64,000 nucleotides of DNA from Planctomycetota bacterium (GCA_965248575.1 CBDFJQ010000002.1:3776001-3840000); one strand, 5' to 3'. Counted from the first letter of the stretch, positions 46,740-56,754 are shown. The notes: a model not told the origin generated them from the letters alone. Program-made: numbers and translations.

Positions 46740-47102
46740 ATGGCAAAGAGCAAAACGAAGGCGCCGCTCACTCCCGCGGTGCTCCATATCCTCCTGGCGC
46801 TCTCCGCCGAGGATCGGCACGGCTACGGGATCATGAAGCAGGTCGAGTCGGACTCCCAAGGCAAGGTCAACATGGGGCCGGGGACGCTCTACGGTTCCAT
46901 AGGGCGAATGATCGACGCCGGCTTGATCCGGGAGAGTGACAAGCAACCCGAGCCAGAATCGGGTGACGAGCGACGTGTCTATTACAAGATCAGTGGGGCA
47001 GGCAGTCAGGCGCTGGCTGCTGAATTGCAGCGCTACCGGGGGGTTGTCGCCGTGGCCAGGCAGCGACGACTCTCGCCGGACACTCTTGCGTACGGCACAT
47101 GA
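46740..47102 (+). CDS. PadR family transcriptional regulator
   Basis: ILLAL...RHGYGI, GPGTLY..I.RM...GLI, RRVYYKI. Confidence 0.93.
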   Translation: MAKSKTKAPLTPAVLHILLALSAEDRHGYGIMKQVESDSQGKVNMGPGTLYGSIGRMIDAGLIRESDKQPEPESGDERRVYYKISGAGSQALAAELQRYRGVVAVARQRRLSPDTLAYGT

Positions 47103-48469
47103 ACACCCAAGCCCACGACACCCGAGCTCCCACGACGAATCATCAGATGAAACTCAGCCTTTTCCTGGCGACTGTCCTCACGCTGGCGTTGAGCGCTCCC
47201 GGCTTCGCGCAAGCCCTGGACGAAGCCAAGCTCGACGCGTTCCTGGACAGGCTCAGCCAGAAGAACCAGGCGATGGGGAGTCTCGCCCTCACCAAGGGCG
47301 GCGAAGCTGTCTACCGTCGCGCCTTTGGCTACAGCCTGATCGACGGTGCTGAGCGCACCCCTGCCACTGTCTCGACCCGCTATCGCATGGCTTCGATCAC
47401 GAAGATGTTCACGGCCGTGATGGTCTTCCAGCTCATCGAAGAAGGAAAGCTGGAGCTCTCGGACACGCTCGACAACTACTACCCACAGATCCGGAATGCC
47501 GAGCGGATCTCCATCGCTCAGCTGCTCGGGCACCGCAGCGGAGTCCACGACTTCACCAAGGGCCGCGTTGACCCTGAATGGAGGACGCGTGCGAAGACAA
47601 AGGAGCAGATGATTGCCGTCATCGCGGGCGGCAAGCCGGAGTTCGAGCCTGGCGCGCTCACCGATTACAGCAACTCGGGTTTCCTGCTGCTGGGCTACAT
47701 CGTCGAAGAGGTGGGAGCTGCGCCTTATCCGCAAGCCCTCCGTGAGCGCATCAGCTCGAAGCTCGAGCTCAAGGCGACGACCTGCGGCATCGAGGACACA
47801 GGTGAGGGCGAACATGAGAGCGCTTCCTATCGGTGGGTCAGCGATTGGGAGCGGCAAGTCGAGACCCATCTGAGCATCGCGGGCGGGGCTGGCGCCCTGA
47901 TCTCCACACCGACCGACCTGGCAGCGTTCATCCGAGGCCTGTTCGATCTCGAACTGGTCTCGCAGGACAGTCTCGATCAGATGGTGCAGCACAGCTTCGG
48001 CATGGAGACCTTCACCTACAACGGTGCGACGTGCTACGGGCACACCGGGGGGATCGACAACTTCGGCTCGTGGTTGGCGTACGACCCTCGGGAGAAGCTG
48101 GCGGTCGCCTATCTCTCGAACGCAAAGGTCTACCCGGTGGCCGACATCGTGCAGGGCGTGTTCGACATCTACTGGGGCGATCCGTTTGAGATTCCTTCTT
48201 TTGAATCGCTCGCTGTCAGCCCTGAGGTCTTGGAGAGCTACGTCGGCGTCTATTCCAACCCGGAGGCTCCGGTGCAGTTCGTGGTGACCAGGGAGGACGC
48301 GACGCTGTTCCTCCAGATGAGTGGGCAATCCGCCGTCCCACTCGAGGCCACCGCCATGAACAGGTTCGAGATGGCGAACATGGGAATGGCCCTCGAGTTC
48401 GACGCCACGACGGGCCAGATGACCCTCCTGCGGGGAGGGCGAGGGAAGGTGTTCACGAAAGGTGATTGA
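47099..48469 (+). CDS. Serine hydrolase, beta-lactamase/D-peptidase family
   Basis: SITK (SxxK), LL.HRSG, YSN, GHTGG; signal peptide from MKLSLFL (47147). Confidence 0.92.
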   Translation: MNTQAHDTRAPTTNHQMKLSLFLATVLTLALSAPGFAQALDEAKLDAFLDRLSQKNQAMGSLALTKGGEAVYRRAFGYSLIDGAERTPATVSTRYRMASITKMFTAVMVFQLIEEGKLELSDTLDNYYPQIRNAERISIAQLLGHRSGVHDFTKGRVDPEWRTRAKTKEQMIAVIAGGKPEFEPGALTDYSNSGFLLLGYIVEEVGAAPYPQALRERISSKLELKATTCGIEDTGEGEHESASYRWVSDWERQVETHLSIAGGAGALISTPTDLAAFIRGLFDLELVSQDSLDQMVQHSFGMETFTYNGATCYGHTGGIDNFGSWLAYDPREKLAVAYLSNAKVYPVADIVQGVFDIYWGDPFEIPSFESLAVSPEVLESYVGVYSNPEAPVQFVVTREDATLFLQMSGQSAVPLEATAMNRFEMANMGMALEFDATTGQMTLLRGGRGKVFTKGD

Positions 48470-48530
48470 AGAGCCCTCGCGGCCGTAGTGGTCGCCTCCC
48501 CGAATCGAATCTCTCTGGGTCCTCATGCGC

Positions 48531-49298
48531 ATGGCACACGAACACACGCAACGACGCTTTCGGGGCTGGTACGCAACACTGCTCCGCCTCTATCCGAAGC
48601 GCTATCGCGAGCGCTTCGGGGCACCCATGCAACAGACCTTCAACGACGCGCTCGGGGCTCGGGCAGAGCAGGGGAAGGGGCTCTTCGGCCTGGCTGTCTG
48701 GATGTTCGTGGAAACCTTTGCGGGGTGTCTCAGGGAGAACTGGGCACGTGTTGCCGTGCGTAGGGGAAGCATGGCCCGTGTCGCGCTTGCAACGGCGTGC
48801 GTCCTGATGTTGCCCGCCTTGGCGATGGGGTTCAGCGAAGAGGTGCGCTGGGATCTGGCTGACTTCGCTGTCGCCGGTGGGCTGTTGATGGGCGCGGGGC
48901 TCACCTATGAGCTGATCGCAGGCAGAGCTGGGAACAGGGCGTACCGGGCCGCCGTCGGTCTCGCCGTGGCAGCCGCGCTGCTGCTCGTCTGGGTCACTCT
49001 TGCCGTCGGTCTCATTGGCCGTGCGGTGGAGCCCGCCAACTTGATGTTCCTGGGCGTGCTCACCGTCGGAGCTCTCGGGGCCGTGATCGCACGCTTCCAA
49101 GCCCACGGCATGGCGGTCGCCTTGCGCGCGACAGCAGCTGCCCAGGTCCTGGTCGGCGTGATCGCGGTCGCTGGCGATCTGGGTGGATCGGGGCCCATCT
49201 GGTCGCGGGATGTCTTGGCTGCCACGGTGATCTTCGCCGGGCTTTGGGTCGGATCGTCCCTGCTCTTCCAACGCGCGAGCGCTTCGAGGCCGATCTAA
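48531..49298 (+). CDS. PadR-associated membrane protein
   Basis: Y..LLRLYP..YRERFG..M...F N-terminal motif followed by about 6 TMs. Confidence 0.75.
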   Translation: MAHEHTQRRFRGWYATLLRLYPKRYRERFGAPMQQTFNDALGARAEQGKGLFGLAVWMFVETFAGCLRENWARVAVRRGSMARVALATACVLMLPALAMGFSEEVRWDLADFAVAGGLLMGAGLTYELIAGRAGNRAYRAAVGLAVAAALLLVWVTLAVGLIGRAVEPANLMFLGVLTVGALGAVIARFQAHGMAVALRATAAAQVLVGVIAVAGDLGGSGPIWSRDVLAATVIFAGLWVGSSLLFQRASASRPI

Positions 49299-49342
49299 TA
49301 CTGATCTGCATTCGTCGGAAGGGTTGGTAGGCCGAGCGCCCC

Positions 49343-50719
49343 TCACCCCAACGGCTTCAAGCTCTGCAGCGTCGTGGGAACCAACTCCGACACCGTCGGG
49401 TGAATGTGCACCGCCCTTGAGATGACCGTGTACGGCATCTTCGCGTACATCACGTCGAGCAGGCCGTGCACCACCTCGTCGCCGTTGATGCCGAGGATGG
49501 CTGCCCCCAGGATCTCCTCGCTGTCGGCGTCCACCAGGATCTTGATGAAGCCGTCGGTCTCGCTGCGCTCCTTGGCACGGCCGACATGTTTCATGGGGCG
49601 CTTGCCCATCAGCACGTTGCGGCCGGAGTCGCGGGCCTGTTGCTCGGTCATGCCGATGCGGCCCAGAGGCGGGTCGGTGTAGAGGCCGTAGCAGAGGATG
49701 CGGTCGCTCACCCGGCGCGGATCGTCGTCGAGGCGGTTGGCGGCCACGATCTCGAAGTCGTTGTAGGCCGTGTGGGTGAAGGCGCCCTGGCCGTTGCAGT
49801 CGCCCAGGGCCCAGATGCCGGGCACGTTCGTCTTGAGCTCGTCGTTCACCTCGATGAAGCCGCGGCTCGTGCTGGAGACACCTGCCGCCGGCAGGTTGAG
49901 GGAGTCGGTGTTGGGGACCCGTCCGACGGCGAGCAGCAGGTGCGAACCCTCGACGTCCGACGGGTCCTGGCTGCAGTCGACCTGCACGGCGACGCCGTCG
50001 GGCGTCTTGCGCGTCTCCAAGCACTCGGCGTTGAGTCGGACCGTGATGCCTTCGCGCTCGAGGAACTGGAGCACCGCTGCCGACACGTCCGGGTCGTCGC
50101 GCGGGATCAGCCGGTCGCCGCGTTCAATGATGGTCACCTCGCTGCCGAAGCGCCGGTACATCTGCCCGAACTCGAGGCCGATGTAGCTGCCGCCGATGAT
50201 CACCAGGTGCTTCGGCAGGAAGTCGACCTCCATCATGCTGGAGCTGGTGAGGTAGTCGATCTCGTCGAGACCGGGCAGGTCTGGGACGAAGGCGCGCGCA
50301 CCGACGTTCACGTAGATGCTGTCGGCTTCGAGCACTTGCCCGTTGACCTCGACGCTGTTCGGGCTCTGGAACTGCGCGTGGCCTCGAATCAGGTCGACGT
50401 TCTCCAAGCCTTCGAGCCAGTTGGTGACGCCCGTGGAGGATTGGCCCGAGATCTTCTTCATGCGTGCTTTGACCCTGGGCATGTCCACGCGGATGGGGCC
50501 GTCGATCACGACGCCGAAGTCGGAGCCGCGTCGTGCCATGTGCGCCGCCCGCGCGCTGGCCACCAAGGCCTTCGTGGGGATGCAGCCCACGTTGACGCAG
50601 CTGCCGCCGACCTTGTCGCGTTCGATGATGGCGACCTTCATGCCCGCCGCGTCGAAGCGGCCGGCCAAGGAAGGGCCCGCCTGTCCGGTGCCGATGATGA
50701 TCGCGTCGTAGCGGGTCAT
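49343..50719 (-). CDS. FAD-dependent pyridine nucleotide-disulfide oxidoreductase (RclA/MerA-like, no C-terminal Cys pair)
   Basis: GTGQAG, GGSCVNVGCIPTK, GGSYIGLE, ALGD, HPT.SE. Confidence 0.92.
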   Translation of the reverse strand: MTRYDAIIIGTGQAGPSLAGRFDAAGMKVAIIERDKVGGSCVNVGCIPTKALVASARAAHMARRGSDFGVVIDGPIRVDMPRVKARMKKISGQSSTGVTNWLEGLENVDLIRGHAQFQSPNSVEVNGQVLEADSIYVNVGARAFVPDLPGLDEIDYLTSSSMMEVDFLPKHLVIIGGSYIGLEFGQMYRRFGSEVTIIERGDRLIPRDDPDVSAAVLQFLEREGITVRLNAECLETRKTPDGVAVQVDCSQDPSDVEGSHLLLAVGRVPNTDSLNLPAAGVSSTSRGFIEVNDELKTNVPGIWALGDCNGQGAFTHTAYNDFEIVAANRLDDDPRRVSDRILCYGLYTDPPLGRIGMTEQQARDSGRNVLMGKRPMKHVGRAKERSETDGFIKILVDADSEEILGAAILGINGDEVVHGLLDVMYAKMPYTVISRAVHIHPTVSELVPTTLQSLKPLG

Positions 50720-51027
50720 GACGTGGCCTTCCCCTGGTAACCGTTGGACAAGGCCCCATAGGTTGCGACGCAGAATGGGACCAGATAGGTGAGAGGCAGT
50801 TTGTACCAGCTGGACGACCAGCGGAAGCTGCCGTCGAGCAACGCATCACCCTGGTTGAGGGCGACGAGCGCCGTGCCCACGACCAGTGCGATGGTGGCGG
50901 ATCTCCTAAGGAGATCCCGGTCGATGAAGCTGCACCTTGCACACTTGATGAGCTGCCCCGCCCGGCCTCGCACCGAGAACGTGCGCCGGCCGGCCAGGGG
51001 GAGATGACACGAGGGGCAGGAACGCAT
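50716..51027 (-). CDS. NrtS-like small membrane protein with N-terminal CxxC...CxxC
   Basis: ALVVGT.L..LNQGD...LTYLVPFCVATYG; ATGA overlap with the oxidoreductase. Confidence 0.75.
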   Translation of the reverse strand: MRSCPSCHLPLAGRRTFSVRGRAGQLIKCARCSFIDRDLLRRSATIALVVGTALVALNQGDALLDGSFRWSSSWYKLPLTYLVPFCVATYGALSNGYQGKATS

Positions 51028-51035
51028 CACTGAAA

Positions 51036-51407
51036 TCAGGCGTGGTAGAAGCGCTCGTGGATGATCTTGCCGTCGAGCCAGGTGTCCACGACGCACTGCT
51101 GCATGCTGACTTCGGTGCCGTCCTTCAGCGTGAACTCCAGCACTGCCTCGTAGTAGGTGTGGTCTTCGCCGACGCCAATGGACGAAACCTTGTATCCACC
51201 GAACTTCACGACGTCGGCGAGCAGCTTGGCCTCGAGGTCCATGTTGAGCTTCTTGCCGCGCTTGGGTTCGTCATTGCCCTCCTGCAGCACCGCATCGTCG
51301 TGCAGGAACTCCTCCATGGTCTCGAGGAACTTCCCCTCGGCGAGCATGGCGAGCATGTCGTTGAGGCGCGTGCGGAGGTCGTTCTGGCTCACGGTGTTCG
51401 TTTCCAT
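51036..51407 (-). CDS. SnoaL/NTF2-like protein
   Basis: 124 codons ending in W.DGKI..ERFY. Confidence 0.8.
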   Translation of the reverse strand: METNTVSQNDLRTRLNDMLAMLAEGKFLETMEEFLHDDAVLQEGNDEPKRGKKLNMDLEAKLLADVVKFGGYKVSSIGVGEDHTYYEAVLEFTLKDGTEVSMQQCVVDTWLDGKIIHERFYHA

Positions 51408-51623
51408 TGTGTGCTGCCTACAGTCGGAGGGGATGGGTTGGATGTGCGCCGTTCCACGACGTGTCGTACAGGGCGGTCGGATGCCCGTGGCTGCTCTTCG
51501 TTTCAGTGATTCCTGCCGAATCTTGGCAGCTCTCAGCTGTTCACGACGGTGCTGTAGACTCGACTCACCGTTCGCAGCCAAGCGGGAACCCGAGTCAATC
51601 CACGGCGAAAACAGGAGAAGAGC

Positions 51624-51872
51624 ATGACCAAGAGAACGAGTGTCCTCGTTGGAGTGATGTTCCTGGCGTTGGTTGTCATGGCCTTCACTCCTCAGCAATC
51701 CCCTGTGCTCGAGTACCGCTTTCAGCGGGTCGATGGGGGCGGAGACCTGCAGAGCGCGCGGGCCAAGGCCAACGAACTCTCGATCCAGGGTTGGCGTCTG
51801 ATGTCCTCGGACATCGGCTCATCCATCCAAGGTCGTCAGGAGATGATCCTGGTGTTCTCGAAGCCCAAGTGA
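51624..51872 (+). CDS. Small exported hypothetical protein (DUF4177-like)
   Basis: AGGAGA RBS; EY...NEL..QGW.L....L.F.K pattern. Confidence 0.6.
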   Translation: MTKRTSVLVGVMFLALVVMAFTPQQSPVLEYRFQRVDGGGDLQSARAKANELSIQGWRLMSSDIGSSIQGRQEMILVFSKPK

Positions 51873-51918
51873 GCTGCGCAGGAGAGACGGATCTCTGCGT
51901 GGGAGCTTGTTGATGTCG

Positions 51919-52452
51919 ATGGATGAAAACAGCGAAGCCGCCCATCGAAACCCACAGCGGGGAGGCGCCCAGGGCGTCGCACTGCTCGTGTTCGCCTTGC
52001 TCGTTGCCTTCGGTCTCTTCCGTTGGTTGTCGGATGGCTCCGGGAGCCTCGTCGACTTGCACCAAGACCCGTCCTTCTTGGGGGGGCGCTGGGCACTGAA
52101 CGCCGTTTCAGAAGGGGAACCCCTGAATCCCAAGCGGCATCGGGCGTGGCGGGCGGTCTTCATCAAGGATGTCAGCACTTCGGATGGACTGATCCACGCT
52201 GCCATCACCATCGGCTCTGATTCGGCCGTACTGACGATGGGTTTCGCGGGGTCCAAGGAAGTTTCGACGGTGCTCCAGTTCGAGAAGCCACCCGGCCCGT
52301 CGGTCCAATCACTGCTCGATGAGGGAGGAGTCTCGATCTCGGTGCGCAGGGAGTCTTCGGGCTGGTTCACTCACGACGACGTCCTTGTCCTCGAGATCGG
52401 CGACGCTGTGCGGCTCTTGAAGTACCGCCGCGTCATCCCTCTTATCGATTAG
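51919..52452 (+). CDS. Hypothetical membrane-anchored protein
   Basis: N-terminal TM; co-oriented with the upstream gene. Confidence 0.55.
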   Translation: MDENSEAAHRNPQRGGAQGVALLVFALLVAFGLFRWLSDGSGSLVDLHQDPSFLGGRWALNAVSEGEPLNPKRHRAWRAVFIKDVSTSDGLIHAAITIGSDSAVLTMGFAGSKEVSTVLQFEKPPGPSVQSLLDEGGVSISVRRESSGWFTHDDVLVLEIGDAVRLLKYRRVIPLID

Positions 52453-52499
52453 AGGTTGGGTCTGACGGTTAAGCAGAGGCCACTGCCGCCCCAGCCCTC

Positions 52500-53291
52500 T
52501 CAGCAGGGCTCCCCTTTCATCTGCATCAAGGAGAAGCAGCCGCCCTGGGGGTCGGCCAGCACGCTGAAGATGCCGACGGGGATCTCCGTGGGCGGCACGC
52601 GAACGCTGCCTCCCGTGGCGGCCACCTTCTCGGTGACGGCTGCACAGTCGTCCACGTCGAAGTAGACCATCCAGTGCTCCGGCACGCCTTCGAACTGTTC
52701 GCCGTCCATGCCCATCATGCCGGCGGCCTGTTCGCCGTGGGCCTTGATCAGCGTGTAGGTCATGCCGTCCATAGGCATGTCGTCGTACTCCCAGCCGAAG
52801 AGTTGGCTGTAGAACTCGCGGGAGCTGGCGACGTCGCGACACATGAGTTCGTTCCAGGACAGCCCGCCGTGTTCGGCGACGTGCAGGCCGGGGTCGTCGC
52901 CAACGGCTTGCCACAGCGCGAGGGACGCGCCCCCCGGGTCCATGAAGAAGCACAGCTTGCCGTGGCCGGGGACCTCCATGGTGGGCACGGTGATGGTGGC
53001 GCCCAACTCGACGGCCTTCTTCTCAGCGGCCGCGCAGTCGTCCACCTTCACGTAGCTGTTCCACATGGGCGGGATGCCCGCCTCGATCATCTCGTCGTTG
53101 AGCTGGCCGCCGGCCGCAGCCGGTGCCTTGCCCTTGAGGAAGAAGGCATAGGGCGGGGCGCCCGGGGCCGTCTGATCCACCACGGTCCACCCGAAGAGAT
53201 CCGCGTACCAGGTGCTGGCGGCCGCCAGGTCGTGGGCAGCCAGATCGATCCAGCAGAACTGTCCGGTCTTGAAGTCGTTGCGGATGGGCAT
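52500..53291 (-). CDS. VOC/glyoxalase family protein with two domains
   Basis: FCWIDL...A..WY..LFGW, DP.GA; second copy WNELM..FY..LFGW, DPQG. Confidence 0.9.
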   Translation of the reverse strand: MPIRNDFKTGQFCWIDLAAHDLAAASTWYADLFGWTVVDQTAPGAPPYAFFLKGKAPAAAGGQLNDEMIEAGIPPMWNSYVKVDDCAAAEKKAVELGATITVPTMEVPGHGKLCFFMDPGGASLALWQAVGDDPGLHVAEHGGLSWNELMCRDVASSREFYSQLFGWEYDDMPMDGMTYTLIKAHGEQAAGMMGMDGEQFEGVPEHWMVYFDVDDCAAVTEKVAATGGSVRVPPTEIPVGIFSVLADPQGGCFSLMQMKGEPC

Positions 53292-53705
53292 CGTGAGTCT
53301 CCGGGAAGCCGTGGGTGCGGATGATATCACTGGGTCGGGGGCCACGGGCAGTGCTCTGGCGTTGCGCCCTGCAGGCCGTTGAACGGCCATCTTCGACGCG
53401 TCGGGTATGGCGCTGGTCTGGGGGACGGACACCTTCGTGGCCGATGCGAACCCCAACCCCAAGCTGACCCAAGCAGGCTGGGTGATCGAGCTGCAGTTGG
53501 TGGCCGCCGAAAGCCCGTCACGGGCCACATTAGTTGGAACGACAAGATCCGATGGATCGTCGTGAACAGACCCTAGGCGCTGTTCCAGGTCGGGACTGTT
53601 CGTTCCCAACGCAGTCCGCTCGATGTGTCTTGCACGGCGTCCTCCAACTGCCGCATCATCGCTGTTCGGTCATGGGTGCATCGGCGTCTCGGGGAGAGTG
53701 GAGCC

Positions 53706-55022
53706 ATGAGTTCCGTTGGTCGTATGAAGCCGTCGGTGGACTCGTTGCCCGACGGGCAGGGACCTCTTCTCAGGCAACTTCGCGAAGAGGCGATCGAGCT
53801 CAAGGACTGCTTCACCCGGTTCTCCTTCCAGGCGACGGGTTTCTGCATCCTCTACATCGGCGTGCTTGCACGCGTGCAGGGTCAGGCTCATTGGCTGGGG
53901 GTGTGTTCCCTTCCCTTGCTGCTGATCCTTCGCATCGTGACGCGCGTCGGGGTCCACAAGTATGGGTCGGCCAATCGCAACCTGGGGTACGAGTTGCATC
54001 TCTACCGGACCCTGGATGCACCCGAGCACCGGGAAGGTTGGCATGATGCCTATCGGGAGATCGGGTGGGAACAAGCCATGCGCGCATGGAGGGTGATCCA
54101 GGCCACCGTCTTCGAATACCTCGGGCTCCACAAACCTGCCCGCTCCTTTGCTGGAGCTTTGGACGCAGGCGTCCCCCTACCTGCCGAGCGATGGTACGAG
54201 CCCAAATCACTGGTCGAGGAAGGCACCACTTACTATGCGGGATCGTTTCTGCGCAAGGTGGTCAAGAGCCTGCACTTCCTGATGTACCTGTCGTTGGTTC
54301 CCTTCGTGTTCTCCGTGGGCTCAGCCACCAACTCGTTCTTCACGACAAGCAATCCCAGCACGCTTCAGTTTGTGCTCATGATGGTGGGCGTCGTAGGGCT
54401 GTTGATGGTGATCTTCTATGTCAACGCCGTACGGCAGGACGACATGCGTCGCGTGGATATGTTGGAGGGGGGGCTGTTGTCCATCCATTCCTGCGCGATC
54501 ATGTGGCAAGCGGTGGTCGTTGGTCACTACCGTGCGCTCGAAAGCGCGCTGACTGTCAACGGGGGTAAATCACCACGAGGGTACACCCGCTTCTTGTCCG
54601 AGCAGGCTCTCGGCGTTCGCTCGCGGATTCACGACATCTACGATTGGATCGACGGTTCTCGAAGTCGCAACATGCCGAGAATTCGCAAGAGCCTCGCTGC
54701 GGAGGTTGAGTTGGAGGATGGCGGGCGGGTGGTGCCGGGCAAGCTGTTCGACTACTCCTTCGACGGCAGTGGGGTCGGGTTCATCCCCTCAGAGGTCCTC
54801 GACCTCGACGGTCTTCCCGAATCAGGTTCGAGCATCACCCTGCGCATTGGTGAGCTGGACACGCCCGGCAGGTTGGTGCTTCCGGTGTTGCCTCATATCG
54901 ATCCGTCGGACGGAATGACGGCGGACCTCCCGCGCGTGTCCCGCTTGGGAGTGCGCATCGGGGATGTCGAGAGGCGGCTCAAGTTGCGGGAGCTCCTCGG
55001 TGGCGGAGCTCAGGTGAACTGA
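53706..55022 (+). CDS. Hypothetical four-TM protein with a C-terminal PilZ-like domain
   Basis: Two TM pairs; R..PR.R....G.L.D.S...G.G near the C-terminus. Confidence 0.55.
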   Translation: MSSVGRMKPSVDSLPDGQGPLLRQLREEAIELKDCFTRFSFQATGFCILYIGVLARVQGQAHWLGVCSLPLLLILRIVTRVGVHKYGSANRNLGYELHLYRTLDAPEHREGWHDAYREIGWEQAMRAWRVIQATVFEYLGLHKPARSFAGALDAGVPLPAERWYEPKSLVEEGTTYYAGSFLRKVVKSLHFLMYLSLVPFVFSVGSATNSFFTTSNPSTLQFVLMMVGVVGLLMVIFYVNAVRQDDMRRVDMLEGGLLSIHSCAIMWQAVVVGHYRALESALTVNGGKSPRGYTRFLSEQALGVRSRIHDIYDWIDGSRSRNMPRIRKSLAAEVELEDGGRVVPGKLFDYSFDGSGVGFIPSEVLDLDGLPESGSSITLRIGELDTPGRLVLPVLPHIDPSDGMTADLPRVSRLGVRIGDVERRLKLRELLGGGAQVN

Positions 55023-55151
55023 GTGACCACTGGGATGGCGTGCCTCGACCTTGAGCAGCCACCGCAAGCACTCATGAGGAACGGACGACGAAGAGCAGTT
55101 GGATGGAGCCCAGGTTTCCGTCACCGGTTCCTCCGCTGGTAGGATTTCTTG

Positions 55152-56132
55152 ATGTCGCAAACACTGCTCGTCGGGACGTGGGCTGACGGTGTCCATGTGC
55201 TGGCCGATGGATCCCAAGGCCAGGAACTCGTCGGCCAATCCGTGCGCGGGCTGGCGCGGGATGAACAGGGGCGTGTGGTGGCCCTTGTCGGTGGGCACAG
55301 CATCTGTAGTCGCCCTGGAGATGAGGGCGTCTCGCCACCCGGTGAGAATCGTTGGGTGACCCTCGCCAGCTGCGAGTGGGACCTGGCCTGTTGCTCTCCG
55401 ATGCAAGGCGCACTGCTCATTGGTACGGACAGCGAAGCCGCTTTGCTTCGCCTCGACCAGAGCGGCTGCGTTTCCCGGCTGGATGGCTTCGATGCCGTGC
55501 AGGGGCGCTCGTCCTGGTATGCGGGGCAGGCTGTGATCGACGGTCAGGTCGTGGGACCGCCCCTGGGCGTTCGGTCCATGGCGTGCAGTGCCGATGGGAG
55601 CGTGACGCTGGCAGCTGTTCACGTCGGTGGAGCGCCTCGCTCCCTCGACGGTGGCATGACGTGGCACCCAAGCTTCGACGTCGACTGGGATGTGCACGAA
55701 GTGGCCGCTCACTCCATTCGTCAAGGCCTGTTCGCCGCCGCAACAGCTGTGGGTCTGGCCATCAGCTGGGACGCCGGCAAAAGCTGGACGCTCCAGACGA
55801 ACGGCTTGCACGCGACCTATTGTTCCGCCGTGGCTTTCGCGGGTGATGAGATCCTCGTCGCCGCCTCCGACCACCACTTTTCGGCGCAAGGTACTGTCTA
55901 CCGCTGCGACTTGGAGAGTGCGGAGCGCGGCGACGCCCAGCTGACGCGCGTCGACGCGGGATTGCCTCACTGGCTAGGGGGCATCGTGGACACGGCTTGC
56001 CTGGCAACACGACGGGAGACGGTCGCTTTGGTGGACAAGTCCGGCCAACTCTTCGTGTCCGAGGATTCCGGAGGTCTGTGGGAACTGCGCGCGGAAGGGC
56101 TCTCGGGGAGCAGCAGCCTGCTGATTCTCTAA
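55152..56132 (+). CDS. BNR/Asp-box repeat beta-propeller protein
   Basis: SLDGG.TW, SWDAGKSW, SEDSGG.W Asp-boxes; DVHEV. Confidence 0.8.
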   Translation: MSQTLLVGTWADGVHVLADGSQGQELVGQSVRGLARDEQGRVVALVGGHSICSRPGDEGVSPPGENRWVTLASCEWDLACCSPMQGALLIGTDSEAALLRLDQSGCVSRLDGFDAVQGRSSWYAGQAVIDGQVVGPPLGVRSMACSADGSVTLAAVHVGGAPRSLDGGMTWHPSFDVDWDVHEVAAHSIRQGLFAAATAVGLAISWDAGKSWTLQTNGLHATYCSAVAFAGDEILVAASDHHFSAQGTVYRCDLESAERGDAQLTRVDAGLPHWLGGIVDTACLATRRETVALVDKSGQLFVSEDSGGLWELRAEGLSGSSSLLIL

Positions 56133-56154
56133 CTACCGGCGCGACACTTGCCCC

Positions 56155-56754
56155 TCAACGCGTCGGTTGCTTGTCGATCTCGAAGGCGATGCGGATCTTG
56201 CCCCACTGCATGGACGCCATGGTCGACCAGGCCTCGCAGTTGTTGAAGGCGTAGGTCAAGAACTCGGTCTTGGGCGCGCGCTGGGGGGCCACCTTGAAGC
56301 GCAGCAGGTCGTGCTCGGCGTCGTAGTCCCTGCCGCTGCCGGCCTGGTTGAGTTGCTTGTTGAGGACCACGGTCCAGAACTTGTCGCCTGGAATCATGAA
56401 GAGGGCGTACTTGCCCTTGGGAACGTCGAGGCCCTCGATGCGCACGTCGGCGGAGGCCTCGAAGGTCGTCACTTCGTTGGCGCCTGCACGCCAGGGGTAG
56501 GGCTCCCCATTGCGCGGCACGGTCGGCCCACCGTGTGCGTTCTTGGCAGTCCAGACGTCGCGATCGCGCAGGGCCGGCCGGTGGTAGGCGAACTGGACCC
56601 AGGTGTCGATGCCGAGCACCTGGGCGACCACGGCGCCTTGGCTTGCGTCGGGCTGGGTCTTCTTTCGCGGCCAGGGGTTTGGCGTGTCGAGCACGAAGGG
56701 GGTGGCGATGGCCAGGGCGAGCAGGGTGCGAACAAGTGCGATGCGAGGTGTCAT
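56155..56754 (-). CDS. DUF2911 family secreted protein
   Basis: Y.RP..R, PWRAGANE.T, G.YALF.IP...WTVVLNK, YD...D.LR. Confidence 0.85.
   Translation of the reverse strand: MTPRIALVRTLLALAIATPFVLDTPNPWPRKKTQPDASQGAVVAQVLGIDTWVQFAYHRPALRDRDVWTAKNAHGGPTVPRNGEPYPWRAGANEVTTFEASADVRIEGLDVPKGKYALFMIPGDKFWTVVLNKQLNQAGSGRDYDAEHDLLRFKVAPQRAPKTEFLTYAFNNCEAWSTMASMQWGKIRIAFEIDKQPTR

Noticed and set aside
49343..50719. Mercuric reductase merA call
   Set aside because: No C-terminal Cys-Cys pair, no N-terminal HMA domain and no mer operon genes.
56126..56160. CTCTAAC overlapping a stop codon, resembling an attC left end (also ACCTAAC near 32045)
   Set aside because: No internal palindrome or matching GTTRRRY at a suitable distance.
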